Below the pieces are notes generated by a model that made no database searches, was not told the DNA's origin, and saw only the letters and a list, made by a program, of their open reading frames with translations. Both the position numbers and the translations under genes were made by a program. This document shows, piece by piece, positions 28,932 through 37,484 of a DNA stretch of 64,000 nucleotides; position 1 is the first letter of the stretch; each line of letters starts with the position of its first letter. The stretch is from a virus. Taxonomy: Duplodnaviria > Heunggongvirae > Uroviricota > Caudoviricetes. Where the stretch lies: positions 55,352 through 119,351 of the IMG/VR virus record IMGVR_UViG_3300033146_005641; one strand, given 5' to 3'.

Positions 28932-29363
28932 GTGTTTATTAATTATGAGAATTTAACAATTAATTTAAAAAATGTTGTAAGTGTAAAGTTAGAGGATAAG
29001 AAAATTATTTTTAATTATAATTATAATATTTCTTTAGACGGAAATTCAATATCTCCGGATTATTCATATATTTATGTAAAATCATACGCAGATAGAAATG
29101 AGATTAGAAAAATCTTAGAAGAAAATAATTTTATCTCTTTCAAAGAATCTGATAATTATTTTAACTTAGTTAACTTAGATAATGTTTCTTTTATTAAAGA
29201 ATATATTAAACCTGAAAAAAATAAATATAGATTGATTTTTAATTTATGTGTAAGTAATACATTAAGAGATTCTAATACGATTACCTCTAATGCTGTGTAT
29301 TATGATTTTCCAGATGAATACAGTTTAGCAAATGCTATCGATTCTATACCAACAATATCATAA
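28932..29363 (+). CDS. Hypothetical protein with two tandem beta-rich repeats
   Basis: INLKNVVSVK..KIIFN and VNLDNVSFIK..RLIFN halves. Confidence 0.6.
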   Translation: MFINYENLTINLKNVVSVKLEDKKIIFNYNYNISLDGNSISPDYSYIYVKSYADRNEIRKILEENNFISFKESDNYFNLVNLDNVSFIKEYIKPEKNKYRLIFNLCVSNTLRDSNTITSNAVYYDFPDEYSLANAIDSIPTIS

Positions 29364-29373
29364 AGGAGATAAA

Positions 29374-29826
29374 ATGGATGAACTAGACTTAGATGAATTA
29401 TTAAATGATTTAGGTGAACAAGGTGAGGCAGAGAAGTCAGAAGTAGAGAAACCTACAGTTGAAGATATTAAAGATATATTATTTAATAAAAATATCGAAG
29501 AGGCGTCAAAAGAAGCAAAAAAGGCAGAAGATCCTGACAAATATCTAGAAGAATATATAGCGGATATTCAAGACAGTGTACGAATATATTTGACAGAGAG
29601 GCACAGAATTAATGAAGAAATAAAAGCATTAAAGAGTGAGCTTAAAGATATTAAAGAAGAAATGAAAGACGAGGGTATTAAAATCACCGCGGTTGATAGA
29701 GCTTTTAAAGAAATGGTTTCGGAATTAAAAGAAGATTCTCAGGATGCTGTTTTAATAGAGAGTGTTAAAAATATGATTCAAAAAGATCCTACTCTCTATG
29801 GAATGGTAAGAGAAGAGGCTAACTAA
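29374..29826 (+). CDS. dsbA: dsDNA-binding protein (T4 DsbA / GapR-like)
   Basis: I.E.I.AL..E.KDI.EE.K.EG......F.....; acidic N-terminal extension; ATG 29374 after aaggag. Confidence 0.65.
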   Translation: MDELDLDELLNDLGEQGEAEKSEVEKPTVEDIKDILFNKNIEEASKEAKKAEDPDKYLEEYIADIQDSVRIYLTERHRINEEIKALKSELKDIKEEMKDEGIKITAVDRAFKEMVSELKEDSQDAVLIESVKNMIQKDPTLYGMVREEAN

Positions 29827-30572
29827 TGAGTTTAAAATATGCTCCTTATTCAGCTTCTAAAATTTCTTTATGGAATTTTTGTCCTAGGAAATTTAAATAT
29901 AATTATATAGATAAAATTCCTAGAGAACCTAGAGATGATACACCTCTTAAGAAAGGATTTTGTACTCATCTTTTTTTAGAAAATCATACTGCTAATTTAG
30001 GAAAGGAAAGATTATTAAAAGAGATTTCTAGAGAAAAAATTTCTAATGAGATAGTTCAAGAATCTAAAAAAATTTATAAAAATTTTGTAGATTCTGATTT
30101 AGGTAAAAAAATATTTTCATATTTACCTTTAGGAACAGAATTAGAGATTGGTTTAAAGATTCAAGATGGTAAGATTCAGACTTGTGATTTTTTAGATCCT
30201 GACTGTTTATTCAGAGGTAAAATAGACTATATTTGTGTAGATAAAGAAAATGATAAGGTCTACGTTATAGACTGGAAGACAGGTAAAGATAAATCTGAAG
30301 GACCCTATAAACAAAAACCTGATCAATTAATTTATTATGCAGCCTGGTATTTTCATACCTTTCCGGTAGAAGAGTTAGAATTAGAATATATCTTTGTAGA
30401 ACACGGAACCTCAAGTTCTATTAGGTTAGTTAGAGATAAGTTAGACCTATATCTTAAAGTTCTTCTTAATAATATTAAGTCTATAGAAAATGATAACTCT
30501 TTTAAAAAAATTGAGGGACCTCTCTGTAGTTGGTGTGAATATAGAGATCATTGTATAGGAGATCAAAATTGA
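29826..30572 (+). CDS. PD-(D/E)XK exonuclease (RecB/Cas4-like fold)
   Basis: YSASKI....CP, G.IDY, IDWKTGK, QL..Y, terminal C.WC.Y...C. Confidence 0.85.
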   Translation: MSLKYAPYSASKISLWNFCPRKFKYNYIDKIPREPRDDTPLKKGFCTHLFLENHTANLGKERLLKEISREKISNEIVQESKKIYKNFVDSDLGKKIFSYLPLGTELEIGLKIQDGKIQTCDFLDPDCLFRGKIDYICVDKENDKVYVIDWKTGKDKSEGPYKQKPDQLIYYAAWYFHTFPVEELELEYIFVEHGTSSSIRLVRDKLDLYLKVLLNNIKSIENDNSFKKIEGPLCSWCEYRDHCIGDQN

Positions 30573-30868
30573 AAAATTATGAAGTTATGAGGAGAATTAG
30601 CGATATTCAAGTATTTCACGCACACATTCATAAACTATTAAAGAGGAAGACTGGTCAGAATTTTGAGGTATTTTTTACCACAGATGATTTAGATAGCGAT
30701 CCTTTTATGAAGAGTATGATAATTTACCTAAAAAGCGATAGTATATATATTAAAGAAAGTATAGATATTTCATTTTTGAGAGAATCTGATAAAATAGATA
30801 TTCACGAACATATTATAAATTTAATTATAAATACTCTAAAAGAGAAGAGACCTAATCTTTTCATATAA
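30551..30868 (+). CDS. Hypothetical protein (C-terminal PNLFI tail)
   Basis: ORF track; coupled to the nuclease gene. Confidence 0.55.
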   Translation: MYRRSKLKNYEVMRRISDIQVFHAHIHKLLKRKTGQNFEVFFTTDDLDSDPFMKSMIIYLKSDSIYIKESIDISFLRESDKIDIHEHIINLIINTLKEKRPNLFI

Positions 30869-30877
30869 AGGAAATAG

Positions 30878-31585
30878 ATGTTCAAAGAATTATTTACTGA
30901 GGCTAATAAAATAACTGGAAAAGATTTTGAGGGAATGATGTCTCTGTTGACGGATAAAAATGATGAAAAAGGTAAAGGTGTAGCGGCCAAGATAAAAGAT
31001 AAGAATAAAGCAATCTATAGGTACGTTGCTGGAGCTATCTTAAATTTACAATCAGTTACCGGAGATTTTACATACAGTAGAAAAAAGTATAGTAGGCCTG
31101 TAGATTATTTTTATGAAAGATCTATAGAATTAGGAGCTACTGAAGAAGACTTTAAAAAGGCTTTTAATGAAGCCAGTTCTATAGCATCTAAATATATAGA
31201 AAAATATAAAGATTTAAAATCTAAGAATTTAAGTAGTTGGGTAACGGGTGCTTTTTATAAATTTTTATTAAAATTAGGATATGATTTTAAAGAAATTAAG
31301 CGTGGCAATGCTATGACTAGTGAGGGTAGATATGCTATGAGTACATCGGGTCGTAAATGGACTATAGGATATGAAATTGAAATTATATCTCCTAATGGAA
31401 CTAAAGCATCTTTAAAATTTGACGCTATTACTGATGAGGGAATAGATAATGAAACCGTTTATTATGTACTACATGATTTAGCTAATTTAAACGATGGAAG
31501 ATCAACTCCTCATTACGGAGAGAGTATGGGTATTAGAAAATGGAATAAATTTATTGAGAAAAATTTAAAGGAAATAGATGTTTAA
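30878..31585 (+). CDS. Hypothetical protein, possible internal head protein
   Basis: N-terminus MFKELFTE/A resembles a capsid-targeting sequence with a gp21 cleavage site. Confidence 0.55.
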   Translation: MFKELFTEANKITGKDFEGMMSLLTDKNDEKGKGVAAKIKDKNKAIYRYVAGAILNLQSVTGDFTYSRKKYSRPVDYFYERSIELGATEEDFKKAFNEASSIASKYIEKYKDLKSKNLSSWVTGAFYKFLLKLGYDFKEIKRGNAMTSEGRYAMSTSGRKWTIGYEIEIISPNGTKASLKFDAITDEGIDNETVYYVLHDLANLNDGRSTPHYGESMGIRKWNKFIEKNLKEIDV

Positions 31586-31832
31586 ACAATATTTTAAAGA
31601 AGAGAAAATTCAAACACCTTTACAAAAAGTAGAAGAAAAAACTGAAAAAGAGATAGATAAAACTATCTCTGAAATTAGAAAAAAACTAAAAATTAAATCT
31701 ATTGTACCTACAAAGTTTGGATTTCAGGTAGATTTTTTTAATTCTAATGATGCTAAAGAAGCAGCAAAAATAGCAGATACTTCTAAAATTTCAGGAAATA
31801 GTATTATGGTTGAAGGAATTGAAGAAATCTAA
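31578..31832 (+). CDS. Hypothetical protein, possible internal head protein
   Basis: N-terminus MFKQYFKEE. Confidence 0.5.
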   Translation: MFKQYFKEEKIQTPLQKVEEKTEKEIDKTISEIRKKLKIKSIVPTKFGFQVDFFNSNDAKEAAKIADTSKISGNSIMVEGIEEI

Positions 31833-31836
31833 TCTC

Positions 31837-32301
31837 CTATATACCTAACTCTTTTTGACCTAGAACTACAAATTCTAGGTTGTGAAACTTACAAAACTTT
31901 CTAGCACTTTCCCATTTAGCCACGTTTATAGGATCGTTCCATTGCGACTGTGGCTTTATCTCAATTAATCTTTTTTTACCGTCTTTAAATTTTATTAAAA
32001 AATCAGGAAAATATCTATGTTTTTTATTATCTTTGGGACTTATATATTCTATAGCAAAAGGCTCGGTCGTCCAATAATCTATTTCTGAACTTAAATCACA
32101 CCATTTCATAAATTTCTTTTCCCATGAACTTCTATATTCAGGAAACTCTTGCTTATTCATATAAGTATTGAGTGGTTTTTTATATTTACCTTCATTTATA
32201 GGTTTATAAAAACCTCTCTCATAACGACTTCTACCACCCTCTTTATTAGTTCTATATCTTCTTTTTTTAGCCTGATATCTGCCTGCTCTAGAAATTGCCA
32301 T
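31837..32301 (-). CDS. gp4: Head completion nuclease
   Basis: YRSSWE..FM.WCD, EPF.I.Y.SP.D...HRYFPDF, IEIKP, KW..A..FC. Confidence 0.93.
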   Translation of the reverse strand: MAISRAGRYQAKKRRYRTNKEGGRSRYERGFYKPINEGKYKKPLNTYMNKQEFPEYRSSWEKKFMKWCDLSSEIDYWTTEPFAIEYISPKDNKKHRYFPDFLIKFKDGKKRLIEIKPQSQWNDPINVAKWESARKFCKFHNLEFVVLGQKELGI

Positions 32302-32312
32302 TTACCCTCCTT

Positions 32313-32828
32313 TTATAATACTTTAGACGTTGATGACCACTCAGGAAAGCTAATACTAGCGGCAGCTAAATATTCTTCCTCATCCATCTGAATTATAGAA
32401 TTTGATATTCTTCTAATAGCATATCTTCTCAATATCGGAGAACCCTTAAATCTTTTTATAAGAGGCTTTATATCCTCATATACTAAATCTTTTTTCTTTT
32501 TTCTCATTTCTACTACTAAAGAGGCTAAAAGAACTCTCTGATTTTCAGGCATCCAATGAACATTGAGACCTAATATATGTTTGTTATTTTGTCTAGAGCG
32601 TCCTAAACATATTATAAGAGGATTTTTATCAAATTTATGCTCATCATGAATAGCATTATATCTAAAGAATAATAAATTACCCTCTCTAAAAGATTTAGGT
32701 GTTTTTTTAGTTTTATTTTCTTTTTTAAATTTTCTTAAGAACTCTTTTTTTGCTTTATTACCTAATTTTCTAAAATTCTTCTTAAAACTTTTAGCTGCGG
32801 CTGAGGCCTTTTTTAATAAACTTTTCAT
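32313..32828 (-). CDS. gp2: DNA end-protector protein
   Basis: F.Y.A......FD..PL.., GLN.HW.P...R..L, adjacent to gp4. Confidence 0.8.
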   Translation of the reverse strand: MKSLLKKASAAAKSFKKNFRKLGNKAKKEFLRKFKKENKTKKTPKSFREGNLLFFRYNAIHDEHKFDKNPLIICLGRSRQNNKHILGLNVHWMPENQRVLLASLVVEMRKKKKDLVYEDIKPLIKRFKGSPILRRYAIRRISNSIIQMDEEEYLAAASISFPEWSSTSKVL

Positions 32829-32832
32829 ATAT

Positions 32833-32867
32833 TATTTATATAATTTTAAGTAGAACTATTATATAAT
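32833..32867. promoter_or_regulatory. Back-to-back late (-) and early (+) promoters
   Basis: TATTTATA-taa-TTTTAAG-N11-TATAAT. Confidence 0.65.
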
Positions 32868-32895
32868 ATATTAATTAAAAAGGAAATGGAAAAAT

Positions 32896-33234
32896 ATGAA
32901 GAAGGCGACAGAAGAGAAAATAAAATCTATTAAAAGAGGAGATATAGTTAGATTAGAATATACTAATAAACGTGGTTCAATATGCTATTTAACGTGTTTA
33001 ATTATAGATATAGATGTAGAACAACTATCTATAGAAATTTTAGAGTTATTCAATGACTCTAATTCTTTTATTAGTGATAATTTCATTAAACTTAATAGTA
33101 TAGGAGCTAATAGTAGTTTTTCCATAAAAAATACTGTAATTTCATCCGTCATAAGTGAAGATGAAATATTACAATATTCTTCTAAAGAATTAAAAGGTGT
33201 AGTTAATAAAAGAGTACCCTATATATTTATTTAA
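32896..33234 (+). CDS. Hypothetical early protein (C-terminal PYIFI tail)
   Basis: Single-gene insertion after an early promoter. Confidence 0.6.
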   Translation: MKKATEEKIKSIKRGDIVRLEYTNKRGSICYLTCLIIDIDVEQLSIEILELFNDSNSFISDNFIKLNSIGANSSFSIKNTVISSVISEDEILQYSSKELKGVVNKRVPYIFI

Positions 33235-33947
33235 ATTTTTATAGGTGAGGTTGGATTAGTTCTATTATAAACGCCGTTTAAGAAATATGGAGTTTGTGTC
33301 CATTTTATAATTTTTTCTCTATTATTTAAAATCTTATTGTTAATTTCTAGTTCTAATTCGCCTAACTTATGTTCTTTCATATCTATTAATATACTTTTAG
33401 GAAAAAGAACATTTTTTATATTAGGATCGAAGCACATAGCTAATCTATATCTATTATTAATATATTTACCTAATATATAAATTTTTCCGTAGGTTTTTGA
33501 TAAATTTAATAATTGTTCTTGATTTTTATATTGAAATATTATAGTTCTTTTAGATTTTAACGCTTCATTAAAAGCATCATTATTTATATAATCCTTAATA
33601 GATGAAAGATTTTTATTAAATCTATATAGCTTTAATATATCTCTAGGTACTAAAGGTCTTACCTTAGTTAATAAAGAATTCCATCTACTTTTAGTAACAT
33701 TTTCATAATTTAACATCGAAGGCTTGATTTTATTCTCTAATCTTAGATAAAAACTATATGGAGTTCTGAGCAGTATAAATTCTTCATATTTGACTTTATT
33801 ATTTTCTAAAGCTTGTAGAGATTCATTATAGTGGTTTACATCGTAAAAGGGATCGATAGTGAATATTTCATTGATATTCTCAATACCTATAGTATCAGAA
33901 ATTGACAATGATTCTAATACGTTTGTAGAGTTATTTTCTTCTTTCAT
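33231..33947 (-). CDS. Hypothetical late protein
   Basis: 238-aa ORF preceded by TATAAATA (33952-33959). Confidence 0.65.
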   Translation of the reverse strand: MKEENNSTNVLESLSISDTIGIENINEIFTIDPFYDVNHYNESLQALENNKVKYEEFILLRTPYSFYLRLENKIKPSMLNYENVTKSRWNSLLTKVRPLVPRDILKLYRFNKNLSSIKDYINNDAFNEALKSKRTIIFQYKNQEQLLNLSKTYGKIYILGKYINNRYRLAMCFDPNIKNVLFPKSILIDMKEHKLGELELEINNKILNNREKIIKWTQTPYFLNGVYNRTNPTSPIKI

Positions 33948-33951
33948 ATAT

Positions 33952-33986
33952 TATTTATATAATTTTAAGTATATTTATTATATAAT
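33952..33986. promoter_or_regulatory. Back-to-back late (-) and early (+) promoters
   Basis: TATTTATA-taa-TTTTAAG-N11-TATAAT. Confidence 0.65.
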
Positions 33987-33991
33987 ATATT

Positions 33992-34549
33992 ATGAAAAAA
34001 GAAACTATAGAAAATTATTTAACAGAGGAGAGTTTAGGAATATATCTTGAAGAAATGTTCGATAACTGTAATATAATTCATAATAAGAAAGTAGAAGGAT
34101 GTAATCTCCGAAATAGACCGGATTATAGAATAGGTTACGTTATTTTTGAGTTTGATGGTTATCTACATTATACTAATCCTAAAACTATATTGAAAGATTA
34201 TAATTGTAATAAGGTGTGGAGTGAAAAATATAAAATAATTAGAATACCCTACTTTATACAAATGAAAAGAGATATTCTTAATAATATATCATTAGGTGAT
34301 GATTATTTAAAATTAGAATCTCAATTTAAATCAGGTTTTTGGAGCGATGATTGTAAATTACCTGCAGAATTTTGTGAATTAGGAATAAAAAGATTTATCA
34401 ATAATTATAATTATTATAAAAATCATCAAAAAGAAATTATTGAAAGTTTAGAAAAGAAAATAGAAAATCTTAGCGATATTTTATTGGTACTTCCCGAATC
34501 ATTATTCGAATGGTTTGAAGGAGAGAAACAAAAACTTAAAAGAACCTAA
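33992..34549 (+). CDS. PD-(D/E)XK-type (Vsr/DUF559-like) endonuclease, possibly free-standing homing endonuclease
   Basis: RPDY....VIFEFDG..HY, IIRIPYF. Confidence 0.6.
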   Translation: MKKETIENYLTEESLGIYLEEMFDNCNIIHNKKVEGCNLRNRPDYRIGYVIFEFDGYLHYTNPKTILKDYNCNKVWSEKYKIIRIPYFIQMKRDILNNISLGDDYLKLESQFKSGFWSDDCKLPAEFCELGIKRFINNYNYYKNHQKEIIESLEKKIENLSDILLVLPESLFEWFEGEKQKLKRT

Positions 34550-34597
34550 GAGGTGGAGGAAGACTCTTAGGCTCATTTAAGTCCTCCTAGGAGGACT
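34545..34597. terminator. Double hairpin between convergent genes (gp23 terminator)
   Basis: cctaagag...ctcttagg and palindromic agtcctcctaggaggact. Confidence 0.65.
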
Positions 34598-34620
34598 AAA
34601 AAGACTTACAAAGTCAGTTC

Positions 34621-36003
34621 TTATTTAAGAACTGAACTTGCGAAATCTACACCGATAGTTGAAGCATATGGAGAAGCTTCACCCATACTTACAGCGTCAT
34701 CTACCCAAGGGTTAGTAGCAAGACCATAACGAGTCATCGCGATAAGAGCAGGTTGACCAGTTGGAACGTTTGTTACTTTTTGGATTTGAATTGGAGTATA
34801 TGGAGCATAAACACCAAGCGCATCTTGATTAGAACCTTTATAGATAAGAGTTGCATAATCGTCTTTAGCATAGTTATCAACTACTACTGAGAATTTATTA
34901 TCAAATCTACCTACAACAGCAGCGTTAGCAGCTTGTGGATTAACAGTTGAATCAACATCTGATGCATAGTAACCACCAATTTGCTCTAACATTGTAAGAA
35001 CTTTTGGAGAAACAAGTAGCTTGTTAGCCGCACCACGTTTATTTAATCTGCCGATTTCACGACTCATATCGCTAAGTTTAGTAGCAAGAAGTCTATAATC
35101 CTCAATTTCCCATCTTGATCTACCAGCACCACTTACATCAACAACAAAGTCAGAGTGAACTGTAGCATTAGTATTAACAAAATCAACAACCTCACGGTCA
35201 GTTTCAGCTTTGATTTCGTAGTTCATAAGACTCATAAGTTCTTGATCTGCAAGCACACCATGCATAGCTTTAAGATCTTGATACATCTCAATTGTATATT
35301 CTGCACGTAATTTACGAGTTCTAGCCTCAACTTGCTTACGCTCAACAGCGATACCAAGTGTATTCATTTCATTACCAGTAGTTCCTCTTACTTCACCTTC
35401 AGCAGTTGTATAAGAACCAGTGTAGTTAGGAAGAATTGCTTGCCAAGAAGCTTGATTTGAATACACGGCAGTTGCTTTAGTAGGTGTAGCTTCAGTATCA
35501 ACATCTTCATCAGCGATGAATTTAACAGAACCGGCGTCTAATTCTACAAGAACACGTCCAGAGACTTTATTAGCATGACCGAAACCATGAGTAGCAGGCT
35601 CAACATAAACAACAGTACCAGTAGCACCAGATGTAGCACCTGTAAGAGCATCTCCAACAACCTTAACAGCAGAAAGATCTAAAACTTGAGCCTGGATATT
35701 AGGATCGATTTCATTAGCTGTAGAACCGTCATAACGATTAGTTAGACTATAGATAAAACCTGTTGGACCGGCCATTGGTTGAACACCAAGAAGTTCGTTA
35801 GCAACTAGCGTAGGATATAATCTACGTAACATAGGCATTAAGAAAGGAGTAAATTGAGCAATATCTGCAGAGATAGTACCCTCAGCAATCATTTGCTTAG
35901 TTTCCTTTTCAGTATTCTCCATAATAGCAGCAAGTGTGCTTTTTTCAAACTCTCCAAGCGGGGCGTACTTAGTACTTTCTAAAAGTGCTTTATAATCAGC
36001 CAT
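34621..36003 (-). CDS. gp23: Major capsid protein
   Basis: L.P.L.ANELLGVQPM.GPTG.I, VEARTRKL.AEYT.E..QDLKA.HG, EI..E.DRE, YAPY.P, P.....TRYGL..NP. Confidence 0.98.
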   Translation of the reverse strand: MADYKALLESTKYAPLGEFEKSTLAAIMENTEKETKQMIAEGTISADIAQFTPFLMPMLRRLYPTLVANELLGVQPMAGPTGFIYSLTNRYDGSTANEIDPNIQAQVLDLSAVKVVGDALTGATSGATGTVVYVEPATHGFGHANKVSGRVLVELDAGSVKFIADEDVDTEATPTKATAVYSNQASWQAILPNYTGSYTTAEGEVRGTTGNEMNTLGIAVERKQVEARTRKLRAEYTIEMYQDLKAMHGVLADQELMSLMNYEIKAETDREVVDFVNTNATVHSDFVVDVSGAGRSRWEIEDYRLLATKLSDMSREIGRLNKRGAANKLLVSPKVLTMLEQIGGYYASDVDSTVNPQAANAAVVGRFDNKFSVVVDNYAKDDYATLIYKGSNQDALGVYAPYTPIQIQKVTNVPTGQPALIAMTRYGLATNPWVDDAVSMGEASPYASTIGVDFASSVLK

Positions 36004-36029
36004 TTTATTTCCTTTTTATATTTTAATTA

Positions 36030-36037
36030 TATTTATA
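36030..36037 (-). promoter_or_regulatory. Late promoter TATAAATA (gp23)
   Basis: Exact consensus upstream of SD aagga. Confidence 0.75.
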
Positions 36038-36069
36038 TTTATTATTAACTAAACTAATAGTTAATGGGT

Positions 36070-36123
36070 CTTGAAAAGCCGACACTATGTCGTTTCAGCT
36101 CTATTTCAATTCTGCTTTTCAAG
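36070..36123 (-). ncRNA. Structured RNA motif copy B (unknown family), 3' of gp22
   Basis: 10-bp P1 cttgaaaagc/gcttttcaag, bulge agaattgaaatagagctgaaa, P2 cgaca-tag-tgtcg. Confidence 0.6.
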
Positions 36124-36129
36124 CTTATA

Positions 36130-36861
36130 TTAAACGTATTTGCTAAAGTCGATAGCAGCAGCTACGTCTACTTCTTCAGATTTATATGCAACACCTGGTA
36201 GTTTAGCAGCTTCCGCTGATTCATTGAAGTTATCAGCTCTATTAGAGATTAAATTTTCTTTAATAGTTTCAAGAGCATTAACATATTTTTCATCTTTAGA
36301 GAATTCGATCATTTCAGCTAAAGTTTCAAATTTTTCTTTTTCTGAAATAGTTAAACCTTCAGAAATTTCAGCGATGACACCCGCTTTAAGATATTGTGTA
36401 GCTTCTTTTTTAGCTTCAATAAGTTCGTGTTCTTTTTCAGTTAGTTTATCTTCAAGTCTAGCTAATCTATTTTCTAAAGAATTTTCATCTTCCATGATTT
36501 CTTTTTCAGTTTTAGCTTCTTGAATTTCTAGCATTTCAACACCAACAACCTTAATCATACTATCAAACATTTCTAAAAGTTTTTCAGTTTTAGATTCTTC
36601 GATAATTCTTTCGTGTTTAACTTCGTTTTCAGCTACGAATTCTTCTACTACTGAAGTAAGATAGCCATCTAAAGTTTCTTCAAGATCTTCTACTTTTTCT
36701 TGATACTCTTCTTCAAGTTCGGCACGAGCTTCTTCAATCTTTTCTTGAACGTGTGACTCCATAAGCTCAACAGACTTAGCCATAACCGCTTTATCAAAAG
36801 CTTCAGTTAGTTCTGCTTTTGTTTTATCATCAATATTTAATGATTCAAATAATTCGTTCAT
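36130..36861 (-). CDS. gp22: Prohead scaffolding/core protein
   Basis: MNELFES, AELTEAF..AV, LDGYL..VVEE...EN, E.F..LAE.IE, Y..AL.TIKE; ATG 36861 after SD aagga. Confidence 0.9.
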   Translation of the reverse strand: MNELFESLNIDDKTKAELTEAFDKAVMAKSVELMESHVQEKIEEARAELEEEYQEKVEDLEETLDGYLTSVVEEFVAENEVKHERIIEESKTEKLLEMFDSMIKVVGVEMLEIQEAKTEKEIMEDENSLENRLARLEDKLTEKEHELIEAKKEATQYLKAGVIAEISEGLTISEKEKFETLAEMIEFSKDEKYVNALETIKENLISNRADNFNESAEAAKLPGVAYKSEEVDVAAAIDFSKYV

Positions 36862-36882
36862 CGAATTGTCCTTTTTATTTTT

Positions 36883-36942
36883 AAAAATTAAGATTCTCAT
36901 TTACATGAGATTTCACTCTTTTTCATCTCTATCTTAATTTTT
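36883..36942 (-). ncRNA. Structured RNA motif copy A (unknown family), 5' leader of gp22
   Basis: 12-bp P1 aaaaattaagat/atcttaattttt, bulge agagatgaaaaagagtgaaa, P2 tctcat-GTAA-atgaga. Confidence 0.6.
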
Positions 36943-36950
36943 CTTTATTT

Positions 36951-36958
36951 TATTTATA
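36951..36958 (-). promoter_or_regulatory. Late promoter TATAAATA (gp22)
   Basis: Exact consensus; predicted +1 just before motif copy A. Confidence 0.7.
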
Positions 36959-36997
36959 ATTTAAAATTATCTAGTCTTTCTAAGATCGTCTTAAGAT

Positions 36998-37213
36998 TTA
37001 TACTTGACTAGACTCATATTCCATATCTATTAATATGTTTTGTATTTCTTTAGCTTTTTTAATTACACTATCGACAGAAACAGCGATACCCTCATTCTTA
37101 TATATCCTTTTAATACGAGAAGCTTGTTGAAGACTATATTCTACGAGTTCTATTAGTTTCTCGACATCTTTTTCCGCTTTAATGCTCTCACTAAATTTTT
37201 CTTTAAATTTCAC
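36998..37213 (-). CDS. Small putative internal head protein
   Basis: MKFKEKFSE/S N-terminus; in the head operon. Confidence 0.6.
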   Translation of the reverse strand: MKFKEKFSESIKAEKDVEKLIELVEYSLQQASRIKRIYKNEGIAVSVDSVIKKAKEIQNILIDMEYESSQV

Positions 37214-37223
37214 AATAATCCTT

Positions 37224-37484
37224 TTATATATAGTTTAATTCTGATAATAAAGGTTTAGACATTTCTAATTTTTTAGCTTCTACTAAAGCAGAAGATTCTA
37301 TCATTTCTCTATATCTATCCTGATCTTCGACTAAATTATGTTCTAAATCAAAGATCTCATATTTTTCGTTAATATAACATTCGACAGTTTCAGTAAAAGG
37401 ATTAGAATAAAATATTCTATATCCGTCTACTTGAGTCTCTTGAATTGTTTTAGAAAAAATCTCTTCAAAGTTAAACATACTCAC
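37224..37484 (-). CDS. Hypothetical head-operon protein
   Basis: Coupled to the gp21 stop. Confidence 0.6.
   Translation of the reverse strand: MSMFNFEEIFSKTIQETQVDGYRIFYSNPFTETVECYINEKYEIFDLEHNLVEDQDRYREMIESSALVEAKKLEMSKPLLSELNYI

Noticed and set aside
29826-30572. Cas4-like nuclease as evidence of a CRISPR system
   Set aside because: Such PD-(D/E)XK exonucleases are common in phage replication regions; no array or other cas gene here
36070-36942. The repeated RNA motif as a hammerhead ribozyme or preQ1 riboswitch
   Set aside because: It lacks the CUGAnGA core, stem II and UH cleavage site, and lacks the preQ1 stem plus A-rich tail consensus
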